From: a bacterium
GTDB lineage: Bacteria; Myxococcota_A; Polyangia; HGW-17; JAJRWW01
Assembly (NCBI GenBank): GCA_043825095.1
Contig: JBDRSE010000102.1
Coordinates: 4,655-68,654, forward strand
Length of the DNA stretch: 64,000 bases
Direction: 5' to 3'
Shown here: one piece after another, positions 29,687-39,643 of the stretch
Layout of the letters: each line of letters starts with the position of its first letter
How positions within the stretch are numbered: position 1 is the stretch's first letter
The notes under the pieces: model-generated
Database searches by the model: none
What the model was told of the DNA's origin: nothing
Seen by the model: only the letters and a program-made list of their open reading frames with translations
Made by a program: the position numbers and the translations under genes

Positions 29687-31240
29687 TTGATCAGTCGCCT
29701 CGGTTCAATGCTGGTTCGGGAAGGTCTGCTCACGCCGGCTCAGCACCTCACCGCAATCGAGCACGCCGAGGAGTCCGGACGCCACTTCGTCACCACAGTG
29801 ATCCAGCTGGGGTTCGTCTCCGAGGACCGGCTGGTGGAGCTCATGCGGACGCGGCTGGTGGTGCCACTCGCCGCGAGATCCATGATCCTGGCCGTGCCCG
29901 TAGAGGTCCTCGCGCTCGTCCCGGCCGACCTTGCCCGCCAGTTCCTGGTCTGCCCCATCGGCGAGGAGGAAGACGGAGGCCTGCTGTTGCTCATGGCCGA
30001 TGCGAGCGACCGGCACGCTATGGACGAAGTGGCCTATCACACGGGCAAGCGAGTGGTGCGCGTGATCACGACCGAGTCGGCGACGCGCTGGGCGATTCAG
30101 CACTATTACCGAGTGGACATGGGCCAGCCGCAGGCGCCTTGGGCGGAGCGGGACAGCCAGGAGATCATGCTGCTCACGAAGGTGAAGGTGCAGTCCTCGG
30201 AGCTCCATTCCGTGGACCCGGAGCCAGAACCGGAGGTTCTGCTGCTGACCCCCGGCATGCGGCGCGCTTCGGACCTGCTTCCCGCGCCCTCACCACCGCC
30301 CGCCGGGCCGAAGCCCCCTCCTACGGCCCCGGCCGCCTCTGCAGCGTCCGCGGTTCCGCCGCTGCCCGCCGGACCACCGCAGGGTCCGAAACCGCCGCCG
30401 ACCGCGCCGCAGCCGGCTCCACTGCGCGACACCGAACCCCTGGCCGGATTGGGTGCTTTGCCCTCGCTTCCGGACGAAGCACCCGGCGGGGCGACCGCGT
30501 CGGAGCAGCAGCCCCGTCGGAAGCGGCGCGGGACCATACTCGGTGTCCCGCGGGTCGACATTCGGAAGCTGCGGAAACCGGAGGCCTACACCGCCGACAC
30601 GAGTGCGACGGAGCCATCGAATGTCTCCACAAAGCTGCAGTCCCGACGGGTGACCCAGGCGCTGGAACCCAGGCCGGTGCCCCCGCTGGCGCCTCCGGGT
30701 CGGCCCAGCATGGGATTGTGGAGCTCCTCGTCAGACGCGTCCACCCCGACCGAGCTGGCGTCTCGCAGCGAGGCTTACGCGAGCGCGTCCTTGGCACTGA
30801 AGCGAGCGCGCGACCGCGACGACGTGGGCCGGATCCTCTGCCGCTATTTTCAGGAGTATTATTTCAATGTTGCGTTCCTGATCCTGAAACAGGGCGCGAT
30901 CGTCGGTTGGGACGCTGCGGGCACGCGGCTCACCCCGGAGCTCATCCGCGGAGTTTCCATCCCTTCGAACGGCCCATCGACATTTCGGGAGGTGCTTGCG
31001 TCGCGTCTGCCTCGGAGTGGACGGCTCGACGAGACTCCCGTGGATGAGCTCTTCCAGGCTGCCATCGGTTATCGGCCGGTTTACGTGGCGATCATGCCCG
31101 TGCAGATTCGGGAAAAAGTCGTCGGCATTGTCTACTGCGACGGACCGCACACCGGGATGAACGAAGACGAGGTAAACGCGGTACTCGCGGACTCAGAGAC
31201 AGCCTACGAGCGAATAATTGTCGACCGCCGTGGTGAGTAA
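29687..31240 (+). CDS. GspE-N/MshEN-domain protein with Pro-rich linker and C-terminal GAF-like domain
   Basis: RLGSMLVREGLLT..Q motif, T2SSE_N-like region (LARQFLVCP...LMADASD), C-terminal MPVQIREKVVGIVYCD; no ATPase domain. Confidence 0.8.
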   Translation: MISRLGSMLVREGLLTPAQHLTAIEHAEESGRHFVTTVIQLGFVSEDRLVELMRTRLVVPLAARSMILAVPVEVLALVPADLARQFLVCPIGEEEDGGLLLLMADASDRHAMDEVAYHTGKRVVRVITTESATRWAIQHYYRVDMGQPQAPWAERDSQEIMLLTKVKVQSSELHSVDPEPEPEVLLLTPGMRRASDLLPAPSPPPAGPKPPPTAPAASAASAVPPLPAGPPQGPKPPPTAPQPAPLRDTEPLAGLGALPSLPDEAPGGATASEQQPRRKRRGTILGVPRVDIRKLRKPEAYTADTSATEPSNVSTKLQSRRVTQALEPRPVPPLAPPGRPSMGLWSSSSDASTPTELASRSEAYASASLALKRARDRDDVGRILCRYFQEYYFNVAFLILKQGAIVGWDAAGTRLTPELIRGVSIPSNGPSTFREVLASRLPRSGRLDETPVDELFQAAIGYRPVYVAIMPVQIREKVVGIVYCDGPHTGMNEDEVNAVLADSETAYERIIVDRRGE

Positions 31241-31592
31241 TATCCGACCACTGTGCCGTGTTAAAACTCGCCACTCAGCCACGGCTGCTCGCAACGGCTT
31301 TCGATGGAATTGTGACAGATGTCTGCCATTTGGATCCTGGTGTGTTAATTTTTTTACTACCCAATGGCTAATGACGTAGGTACCGCCTGTTCGGCAGCAT
31401 ATTCAGTATTGCGTATATTTACGGGCGGTTGAATATTGCCGGAAGAAATATGGGCCTCGATGTATCGGGATTGTGACACCAGATCACGGAGGAATATTTC
31501 TTGCATGTGAACCAGTGCTGATCTCAATGTTAACGACATGGTGCTCTTCAACATCGAAATAGTCTCCCTGCCCTACAGCTCGTGGGGTATCC

Positions 31593-34500
31593 ATGGCTGA
31601 GCTTGGCAGCAAGTACATCGCTGATCCGAGCCTAGGCGCGCTGTGCGTCGGCCGCGAGGCCGAGCTGGCCAAGCTGGGGGCCCTGTATCGCCGTACCTCG
31701 GCGGAGGGCGGTCACGCGATTCTGATCACCGGGCAGTCGGGTGTGGGCAAGTCGCGTCTGTTGCTCGAGTTCAAGCGTCGCATGCGCCTGGAGGGCGTGT
31801 GCGTGCTCGAGGGGCGATGCCTGCAAGAGCAGCGCGCCTACGCGCCGTTTCTGGAGATTGTCCGGGATGCCACCGGCTACCTGGCGGATCTTGCTCCGTC
31901 CCTGTTTCACGCCTCTCGCTCCATGGAGATCATGGACGGGTTGTCCGGGAGCGGCGAGCCCGAATCCGAGCTGCGGTTCGATCGCTGGCAGGATCGTCGC
32001 ATTGCGCTGTACGAGTCCGTGGGGGATCTCCTCTCGACCGTGGCGCAGGTCCGGCCTCCGGTGGTCATTCTCCACGACATCCAATTCGGTGATGACGCGA
32101 CTCTGAGTTTGCTGAGCTATCTCCTCAACACACTTTCTGAGTCCCATGAGCTGCGCCAGCCCGACCCGGTGACTCCCTTCAAGGGACTGTTCGTTTTGTC
32201 GGAGCGGCGGAGCGCTATAGCCACGGTGGGTCGTCAGTATCTTTCTGGCGTCTCGCACACGCATCTCACGCTGCAGGGCCTCGACCGCGCCGGTGTCGAA
32301 GCTTTCTTGACCGCGCCCCAGGTCGTGAATCGTTTCGTCGAGGTGACCGGTGGGAATCCTCGCCAGATCGAGGCGCTGCTCGAGCAGGAGGCCTCTGACG
32401 CCGACGAGCTGCTGCTCAGTCGGATCAAGGCCCTGCCCGCTTCCGCGAACAGGATCGCGGCGGTCCTGGCCGTGCTGGGCAGGCCGGCCAGTCCTCGCAC
32501 CCTGGGCAAGCTGGCAAATCTCAACGGCAGCAGTCTGGGGCAGGCAATGGAGCGGCTCCTGCGCGCCGAAGTGCTGCTCTCCTCCATCCAGGACGGGGAT
32601 CTCCAGCTCAGTTTCCGATCGACCTCGGACCGGGAGGCGGTGATACGGCAGCTGGGAGACGACGAGCGGCAGCAGATCCATCGCGCTATCGGCCACGAAA
32701 TGCTGGAGCTGGGTGAAGAGGTGTGCGCCGCCGAGCACTTGCTCAACGTGGAGGGTGAGGCGCAGGCGGCGGAAGTGGCGCTGCGCGCGGGTGAACGGCT
32801 GGAGATTGCGTTTGCGTACGATCGCGCCATTGACCTCTACGAGCGCGCCATCGCCCGGTCGCTGGATCGAGCGCTCCGTCACGAGCTCGAGGAGCGCCTC
32901 TGCGACCTCCTCGAGCTGACCGGAGAGTACGAGCGGGCAGTGTCGTTGACGGAACGGCTCGAGGAGCGTTCTCCGGAGTCCGCCACGCTGCAACGACGCA
33001 TCGGGCACCTTCACCTGCAGCAGGGAGACTTCACCCGGGCGAAAGCCAAGCTGCAAAAAGCAATGGCGCTCGTGGACGGCGAAGGGTCGCCGCAGCTCGA
33101 GCGGGCGCTCATCTTGTCCGACCTCGCGGAGGTGTCGTATCTGCAGGGGCAGCACCAGCAGGCGCAGGATACAGTGGCCCGCGTGCTCGCGTCGGACCTG
33201 ACCGAAACCCCCGTTCCGGGCCTCAAAGCCAGGAACACCTTGGGGAAGGTGCTCCTCGAGCAGGGGGACTTCGCAGAGGCGGCCCGCATCTTCGAAAAGA
33301 ATCTGGAAGAAAGCCGGGCGGCGAACGTCATCCCCGAGGAGATTCGAGCACAGATCAATCTCGGGATCTCTCACCTCCGGCGGGGCCGCTACGACGAGGC
33401 GGCCGAATGCTACCGCGCGGGACTCTCCGCGGCGGAGTCCTCCCAAGACTACCGTCACCGAGCGTTCTGCTTGCAGAACCTCGGCGTGTTGGCGCATTGG
33501 CGTCGCGACTATACCTCGGCGCTGCAGCTCTTCCACGACGCCATTCAGACGTTCTTGAAGCTCGGTCATCAGAGCTGGCTCTCGTGGTTGGCGCTGGACC
33601 TCGGGGATCTCTACCTGGAGCTGGGCGATGTGGTTCGGGCCGAGTCCATGCTCGAGTTGTCCACCAACCTCGTGGACGCCAAGGGGGACTCCCAAACGCC
33701 GTTGTTCGCGCACATGCTGCAGGGCAAGCTGGCCGCGTTCTTCGGCCGACTCGGGGACGCCGAGCGGCACTTCCAAACCGCCTATCGTGAGGCGCAGAAG
33801 GCGGGCAAGAGTGACGAGACGGCATCGGCTGCGCTGGAGCTTTCGCGGCTAAAGCTGGCCACCGGTGACGACGCCGCCGCCGAGAAGCTCGCAGACCACC
33901 TGACCGAAGCCCCGACCCTGAAGACGCGTGCCCAAGCCCGGGCGCTGCTCGGAGAGGCCCTGCTGCAGCGGGGGGACCTGGACGGCGCGCTTCGCTCGCT
34001 CAATACGGCGCGAACGCTGTACGAGCGCGCGGGTGACCCGTTCGGTCTGTGGTCCGTGCTGGCCGTGCTCGGGGAAGTGCATTCCCTCGCCGGCAATGTG
34101 CATGAGGCGACGCGAGTGACGGAGCAGGCGCGCCTGATCGAGTCGCGCGTTCGCAAGAGCGTGCCCCGGGAGTTCGTAGACACGTACCTGACGCATCCGC
34201 GACGGCGACCGTTGCTTGAGCGCATCGGAGTGACCGTGGCGGATCCGGTCGAGGCGCCGACACCGATTTCCGCCACCGGAGGCATCCTGGCGCCTGCTCC
34301 CGGGCAGGTCGCTCGAGGTCCTCTGCGGAGATCCGTGCGCCGGTCGGCTCGACACGTCGAGCGGTATCCCCGCATCGTCGGGGAAAGCGAAGAGATCCTC
34401 CGGGTGCTCGATCTGATCGACAAGATCGCGCCGCTCGAGTCCACGGTTCTCATCCGAGGCGAGAGCGGAACGGGCAAAGAACTGGTGGCCGAGGCCATCC

Positions 34501-35417
34501 ACACCAACAGCCCGCGCAAGAGCAAACCCTTCATCAAGGTGAACTGCGGCGCTCTGGTGGAGAGCCTGCTGCTCAGTGAGCTGTTCGGCCACGAGCGGGG
34601 CGCGTTCACCGGCGCCTCCCGGCTGAAGAAGGGGCGGTTCGAGGTCGCCAACGGCGGCACGATTTTCCTGGACGAGATCGGTGACATCACTCCGAGGACG
34701 CAGGTCGCGCTGCTGCGCGTGCTGCAGGAGAAGGAGTTCGAGCGGGTGGGCGGAAACAGCCCAATCCACGTCGACGTCCGGATCGTCTGCGCCACGAACC
34801 GAAACCTCGAGAGTATGGTGCAGGACGGCTCCTTCCGCGAGGATCTGTACTATCGGCTCAAGGCGTTCCAGATCGAGGCTCCCCCGCTGCGTTCCCGCAG
34901 CTCCGACATCGCAATGCTGGCGCATCATTGCATCGATCGGATGTCCGAGGATGGAGAGTGTCCGCGCAAGGCGCTGAGTCAGGAAGCCATCGACGTGCTC
35001 ACGCAGTGGCGCTGGCCCGGCAATGTTCGAGAGTTACAGAACGTTCTACGCTCCGTTTCGCTGCTGAGCGACGGGCAGACGATTCGTCGGCCGGATTTTC
35101 GGGACTTCATCTCGCTGGACGAGATTGGTGTGACCGCGACGACGACGGTGCGATTGGTTTCAGACTCGGAGCCGACTCCTGAGTCCGCGCCCGCGCCCGC
35201 CGAGGACGGAGACGACGGAGCCCAGGCGGAGGAACCGTTCGACTTCCTGATCAACGAGGGGCTGTCCCTCCACGAATACAAGAAGAAGATCGAGGAGGAG
35301 TGCATCGCCAGAGCGCTCCGCCAGACCAATGGGAACATCACCCGTGCCGCTGCGTTGCTGAAGATGAAGCGACCGCGGCTCAGCCAGCTGGTGAAAGAGT
35401 ACGGCCTCTCCGGCTGA
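31593..35417 (+). CDS. sigma54-dependent activator with N-terminal STAND-like NTPase and TPR array
   Basis: VGREAEL, GQSGVGKS, TGGNP; many TPR-like repeats (NTLG, NLG, QNLG); GESGTGKE, GAFTGA, FLDEIG, WPGNVRELQN, HTH GNITRAAALL. Confidence 0.93.
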   Translation: MAELGSKYIADPSLGALCVGREAELAKLGALYRRTSAEGGHAILITGQSGVGKSRLLLEFKRRMRLEGVCVLEGRCLQEQRAYAPFLEIVRDATGYLADLAPSLFHASRSMEIMDGLSGSGEPESELRFDRWQDRRIALYESVGDLLSTVAQVRPPVVILHDIQFGDDATLSLLSYLLNTLSESHELRQPDPVTPFKGLFVLSERRSAIATVGRQYLSGVSHTHLTLQGLDRAGVEAFLTAPQVVNRFVEVTGGNPRQIEALLEQEASDADELLLSRIKALPASANRIAAVLAVLGRPASPRTLGKLANLNGSSLGQAMERLLRAEVLLSSIQDGDLQLSFRSTSDREAVIRQLGDDERQQIHRAIGHEMLELGEEVCAAEHLLNVEGEAQAAEVALRAGERLEIAFAYDRAIDLYERAIARSLDRALRHELEERLCDLLELTGEYERAVSLTERLEERSPESATLQRRIGHLHLQQGDFTRAKAKLQKAMALVDGEGSPQLERALILSDLAEVSYLQGQHQQAQDTVARVLASDLTETPVPGLKARNTLGKVLLEQGDFAEAARIFEKNLEESRAANVIPEEIRAQINLGISHLRRGRYDEAAECYRAGLSAAESSQDYRHRAFCLQNLGVLAHWRRDYTSALQLFHDAIQTFLKLGHQSWLSWLALDLGDLYLELGDVVRAESMLELSTNLVDAKGDSQTPLFAHMLQGKLAAFFGRLGDAERHFQTAYREAQKAGKSDETASAALELSRLKLATGDDAAAEKLADHLTEAPTLKTRAQARALLGEALLQRGDLDGALRSLNTARTLYERAGDPFGLWSVLAVLGEVHSLAGNVHEATRVTEQARLIESRVRKSVPREFVDTYLTHPRRRPLLERIGVTVADPVEAPTPISATGGILAPAPGQVARGPLRRSVRRSARHVERYPRIVGESEEILRVLDLIDKIAPLESTVLIRGESGTGKELVAEAIHTNSPRKSKPFIKVNCGALVESLLLSELFGHERGAFTGASRLKKGRFEVANGGTIFLDEIGDITPRTQVALLRVLQEKEFERVGGNSPIHVDVRIVCATNRNLESMVQDGSFREDLYYRLKAFQIEAPPLRSRSSDIAMLAHHCIDRMSEDGECPRKALSQEAIDVLTQWRWPGNVRELQNVLRSVSLLSDGQTIRRPDFRDFISLDEIGVTATTTVRLVSDSEPTPESAPAPAEDGDDGAQAEEPFDFLINEGLSLHEYKKKIEEECIARALRQTNGNITRAAALLKMKRPRLSQLVKEYGLSG

Positions 35418-35433
35418 ACGGGAAAGGGTCAAG

Positions 35434-36087
35434 ATGATGAGAACACTGGCATACTATATGGTCGTTGGCGCCCTGGCAGCGGTGCTGTCGGGGTGCATGG
35501 GGGGCTGGGGACCGGAGGTCGAACGCACCGGGAAATCCCTTGTCACCTTGGAAGCCGATGAGCTCCCTGCCGACCTGGATGAGTGCCAAACCTACTTTGG
35601 ACCGGACGGCCAGTGGGACACTCCGGAGGCGGTGTATCGCGTAGGCGGTCGCCCCGGCACCGTGGTCTTCGTGCAGGATGGGGCTCCCGTCTGCCAAACG
35701 CCGGTGGAGCTGGTCCGAGTCATGCTACCGGGGTTCGAAATCGGCCCGGTGGTGCGGACCAACGGCATGGGTGGCGAGTCTGCCGAGGACCCGGTCGATG
35801 ACTCGAACCCGTTGCCCGCGACTCCGAAAGCCGGAGGGAGCGTTTCTACCAAAGGGCCTGCCGACGACTCGAATCCCCTGCCTGCCACGCCCGTGGGCGG
35901 TGAGAGCGCGGACTCCAGCGGTGGTGCCGACGATTCGAACCCCCTGCCCGCGCTCCCCATTGGAACCGGAACGGCTTCGTCCGGTGGCGTCGCCGGGGAC
36001 TCGAATCCCCTGCCCGCACGGACCAACGGCAAGGCGGACCGTGTCGAGTTCGGCCCCGAGCACTCGGACCCCTTCTCAGAGCTCTAG
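35434..36087 (+). CDS. exported lipoprotein with four DSNPLPA repeats
   Basis: LSGC lipobox; begins 16 bp after the activator stop; repeated C-terminal motif. Confidence 0.85.
   Translation: MMRTLAYYMVVGALAAVLSGCMGGWGPEVERTGKSLVTLEADELPADLDECQTYFGPDGQWDTPEAVYRVGGRPGTVVFVQDGAPVCQTPVELVRVMLPGFEIGPVVRTNGMGGESAEDPVDDSNPLPATPKAGGSVSTKGPADDSNPLPATPVGGESADSSGGADDSNPLPALPIGTGTASSGGVAGDSNPLPARTNGKADRVEFGPEHSDPFSEL
35797..36018 (+). repeat. four (D/G)DSNPLPA coding repeats with exact 66-bp period
   Basis: Copies at 35797, 35863, 35929, 35995; within DSNPLPA all nucleotide differences are synonymous. Confidence 0.95.
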
Positions 36088-36141
36088 CCCGCACACTCCC
36101 CAGAATACCGCGGACATCCCCTGATTCGAGAAACTACCGGT

Positions 36142-38754
36142 CTATAATACGACACTGCCGTTGCCGTGTTTGGCGGATGGGGAGCGCCCGGAAAGGATTT
36201 GGAGGTTGGCGAGCTCACGGCGTTTCGCCACCCGATTGACCTCTTCCCAAATCTGGGGGTACTTGCTCAGGATACGGTAGAACTCAGCAGCGGCGAGCTG
36301 AACGATTTCGGTCGGTGTGACCGTGGTGACAGAGGCAACGGCGTTGCCCCCCTTCAGCAGTGACATCTCGCCGAAGTATGTGCCGTCTGTCAGGCTCGAC
36401 AGGACCCTTTCGCTCCCATCGGGTTGCGTTTTTGTGACCTTCACTTCGCCAATGAGAATCAGGAAGAATCCGCCCCCGGGCTCACCTTCCGTGATTATTT
36501 TGGAGTTTTCGGGAATTCTGCGGAAACGCAGTCGGCCCATGAGGGACTCACGCTCCTCCTCTGAGAGCGGTTCGAAAAACGGGGCGGATTGCACCAGCGT
36601 GCCGAGCAAACGACGTCGGTAGAACTGTCGTAATGTGTTTCCAAAAGCAGGGTCGCTTTTCGTCAGGTTGGCGATCACTTTCCTGGAGATCTCGAAGAAC
36701 ACACCGTCCTCCGACACGGTGACGGTCGCGTGCCTCTTCCGATCCGACAGCAGCGCAAACTCTCCGAAAAAAGCTCCCGGGCCCAGGGTCGCCAGATCGA
36801 TCTTCCCGCCTTGGCGGTCCTCCTTGCTGACGGTCACCTTGCCAGAGCTCACGACGAACAGAGCGTTTCCGGGGTCTCCCTCACGAACGATGATCGCCCC
36901 GGTCTTTTCCGTTCGGCGAATCAGCCGGGACTTCAACATCTCCCGAGAGGTTTCGCTGAGATCTCGGAAAAGCTGGATTTCCTCGAGGCGCACCTCATCT
37001 ACGGGGCTGGTCGGCGTGGCGGAGATCGCGTCCGTGGCCTGCAGCGCGGCGGCTCCCATGGGGATTGTCATCTTCGAAGACTTGCGTCGCCCTCCCTGCG
37101 TGGATGGGCGTCCGTGCGGTTCCGCCGTGGAAGTGGGCGGCGCTGATCCTTCCGCCGCAGGGATTGGAGTCGCCATGGATTGCCGCGCTTGTGCGGCCGC
37201 TGCGGAGCCTGGGAACGGAACCGATGTGACCGGAGTAGGAGGGGGCTGCGACAGCGCGTCGGGTCCCCTGCCCGCATCTTCGTTCCCGAACTCAGCCCAG
37301 AACGCCGCCTCGTCCTCGTCGAAAACACTCTCAATCTCCACGTCTCCCTGCTCCTCCAGATTCGCGGTGAAAGGCTCTGGAGCGGAGGCGCAGGCCATGG
37401 AGGGCGGGAGGTCGGGTTTCTGCGGTCGGGACTGCGGGGGAGGCGTCATCGAGGGCGGCAGATCGGCTCTCCTGGTCGCGTCTGCCCGTTCGCGATCCGA
37501 CGTCGCTTCCTGCGAGGTCTGCGGCGGTCGGTTGGGGGCGCCAGTGACCGCCGGCAACGGGGAACGCCCCTGGGCGGTCGGCCGTTCGGCCGGGGGAGGC
37601 ACGTCGACATCGGGCGCCTCCGGCAGATCCGGGTGTTCGGGCATCGGCATGCCGACGAGCGTCCGTCGTGGGACCGCCTTCTTCGATTCAGCCGGATTGG
37701 GCATGATCGCGCTGACGTCGATGCTCATGGCGGACTTCCGGATGGTTTCGTCATAGCTCGACGGGCCGGGAGAGGTGGTTTCCTCCTGCTCGCCATCGAG
37801 GAAGGAGTCGTCACCGGCGGGCGATGATGGGACATCCACCGTCAGCTCCAGGTCGCTCTCACGGAATGCCGCCGATCCTGCCGCTGCCAGCGGATCGGCG
37901 TGCTCAGCGGTCGTTTCTTCATGCAGCTCGCTCGGGGCTGCGACGTCCTTACCGACGCTTAGAACCTCGACCTCGTTGCCGACGGCAACAACAGGGGGCG
38001 GCGGCCCCCTCGCGGGCAGCGGTGGTGGGGCTAAGCGCGTCTCCGGTGGAAGCACAACACGTTCCGGGGGAATGTGTTTGTCGGGCCTCGAAGGGGCGGG
38101 CTCTCCGGCCGATTCGTGGTGTCGCATACTGGGTAGCGACGGCTGAAACCCGTCACCTCGCGAAGGGACACCAGCCCCGTCGACTGCCTCCACCGTCTCA
38201 TCCAGGTCCAGATCCGACGACATCTCCGGAAGCACATCGACCGGGAGCATGGGGCGCGAGCGTCGCCGGCGACTCCGTGGGCCATCCGCCTTTTCCGGCG
38301 CGGGCAGTCTCAGCACCGATTGCGACGTCGGCGTGGCCTTCCCGGCCACGTCTCCCGGGTCGGTGCCCTCCTCCTCGGACACCTCGTCCTCGGCCGGCAT
38401 GACCCAGCGCCCGTTCTCCTGCTGATGCAGCTGCGGCATGCTCTTGGATTTGATGTCGACTGCACGCTGCGCCGAAAGCTCCGTCAACGCGGACTCAGTG
38501 GTTTCGTCCCCGGGCTGGATCTCAAGTATGCCTTTGTAGACGGAGATTGCCTGAACGAGCTTACCCGTGTTGGCGTAGGCCTCGGCCACCTCCTGGTAGT
38601 GAGCAACGGCGTCTTTGGCCTTACCGAGATCCTTCAACGCGCCGGCTAGTTTCAGGCGTGCAACGAGGTTGTTTGGGTCCTTCTTGACGATGCCGGCTTG
38701 CTCTTTTGCGAGCTTCTTCAGCTGACGTTTGGTAAGTCGCGATTCGGAGGCCAT
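36142..38754 (-). CDS. TPR plus tandem cyclic-nucleotide-binding domain protein
   Basis: N-terminal TPR; long acidic/Pro linker; two CNB domains (REGDPG..FFGEFALL..RHATV; EGEPG..YFGEMSLL..ASV). Confidence 0.9.
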   Translation of the reverse strand: MASESRLTKRQLKKLAKEQAGIVKKDPNNLVARLKLAGALKDLGKAKDAVAHYQEVAEAYANTGKLVQAISVYKGILEIQPGDETTESALTELSAQRAVDIKSKSMPQLHQQENGRWVMPAEDEVSEEEGTDPGDVAGKATPTSQSVLRLPAPEKADGPRSRRRRSRPMLPVDVLPEMSSDLDLDETVEAVDGAGVPSRGDGFQPSLPSMRHHESAGEPAPSRPDKHIPPERVVLPPETRLAPPPLPARGPPPPVVAVGNEVEVLSVGKDVAAPSELHEETTAEHADPLAAAGSAAFRESDLELTVDVPSSPAGDDSFLDGEQEETTSPGPSSYDETIRKSAMSIDVSAIMPNPAESKKAVPRRTLVGMPMPEHPDLPEAPDVDVPPPAERPTAQGRSPLPAVTGAPNRPPQTSQEATSDRERADATRRADLPPSMTPPPQSRPQKPDLPPSMACASAPEPFTANLEEQGDVEIESVFDEDEAAFWAEFGNEDAGRGPDALSQPPPTPVTSVPFPGSAAAAQARQSMATPIPAAEGSAPPTSTAEPHGRPSTQGGRRKSSKMTIPMGAAALQATDAISATPTSPVDEVRLEEIQLFRDLSETSREMLKSRLIRRTEKTGAIIVREGDPGNALFVVSSGKVTVSKEDRQGGKIDLATLGPGAFFGEFALLSDRKRHATVTVSEDGVFFEISRKVIANLTKSDPAFGNTLRQFYRRRLLGTLVQSAPFFEPLSEEERESLMGRLRFRRIPENSKIITEGEPGGGFFLILIGEVKVTKTQPDGSERVLSSLTDGTYFGEMSLLKGGNAVASVTTVTPTEIVQLAAAEFYRILSKYPQIWEEVNRVAKRRELANLQILSGRSPSAKHGNGSVVL

Positions 38755-38766
38755 GTCCGATGCTTC

Positions 38767-39444
38767 CTACTGTGGGCGCAGGTTCACCGCAACGCTGAAT
38801 TTTCTCGCCGATCCCTTGAACTTGTTGAAGCGCCACTGCCGGAGGAGCCCTCGAACACACCCCTCGAACCCGGAACCGATCGGCGGCACGACCATGATTC
38901 TACCCATGCGGCCGGAGGTCAGAACGGTGAACTTGAGCTTGACGCGTCGGCTCCCCATTTGCAGCGAAGCGTTCTTCTTCAGCGCGTTCTGATAGCAACC
39001 CTTGATGCCGCGTCGTGCTGCCCTCGCCTTGCTCGGAAGGTCTTTCAGGGCCGCCGGGGTGCCATCCTCTGGGGTGGGGCGCATGTCCGGCCTCATGCCG
39101 GACGCCATGGACCCACTGTGCATCACCGGGGCCATGGTCGCCTCCATGGGTCTCTTCTGGAGCGTGTATTCGATGGGATCCAGCTCGAAATCGCAAGGTT
39201 TTTGGCTATAGATCTTGAAGTCGTTCTGTAGATTCGTTACCCGCTGATTCAGCTGCGCCAGCTCGCCCTGGAGGGTAGATTCATGCTCCTTGGATTGCCG
39301 TAGCTGCTGCTCCAGCGACCCGATCTTCTTGTCTTTGCTACCGTCGTCTTTCTTTGCGCACGCGAAGAACGCAGTGGCCAGGATCGCAACGGCGCAGACC
39401 ATGGAAATGGCTCTCAAGAGTCGCTCCTCAATTTGGTAATTCAC
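38767..39444 (-). CDS. lipoprotein with coiled coil and AgmX/PglI-like (TonB-C-like) C-terminal domain
   Basis: AFFAC lipobox; IKGCYQNALKKNASL...VKLKFTVLTSG...GCV...WRF. Confidence 0.75.
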   Translation of the reverse strand: MNYQIEERLLRAISMVCAVAILATAFFACAKKDDGSKDKKIGSLEQQLRQSKEHESTLQGELAQLNQRVTNLQNDFKIYSQKPCDFELDPIEYTLQKRPMEATMAPVMHSGSMASGMRPDMRPTPEDGTPAALKDLPSKARAARRGIKGCYQNALKKNASLQMGSRRVKLKFTVLTSGRMGRIMVVPPIGSGFEGCVRGLLRQWRFNKFKGSARKFSVAVNLRPQ

Positions 39445-39643
39445 GAAACCATACGCCCGGACAACGCTCCCACCGCAAGGTGAACTAGGATATCATAAAA
39501 CCGTGGTATTTTCAGCCGAATCTACCGAAGCGCCGATCCTTTTCCAGACGACAAAACAGGTATTGACCCGAACGTTTTCACATTCACCCGCCGGTCCGAG
39601 CATTCGGTCGCGGAACCTGTCTGAATGCGCAGCGTCCGGTGTG

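Noticed and set aside
31472-31488. CRP/FNR box TGTGA...TCACG
   Set aside because: Spacer is 7 nt rather than the required 6.
35797-36018. CRISPR-like array (66-bp period)
   Set aside because: Repeat copies differ at third codon positions, lie in frame in a lipoprotein gene, and no cas genes are in the window.
35797-36018. tRNA T-arm-like GGTTCGA(G/A)TC on the minus strand in the repeats
   Set aside because: No cloverleaf; 66-bp spacing is too short; explained by Asp-Ser-Asn-Pro codons.
35434-36087. Classical RiPP biosynthetic cluster
   Set aside because: No recognisable modifying enzyme (ATP-grasp, YcaO, radical SAM, lanthionine synthetase) or ABC exporter in the window; kept only as an alternative hypothesis.
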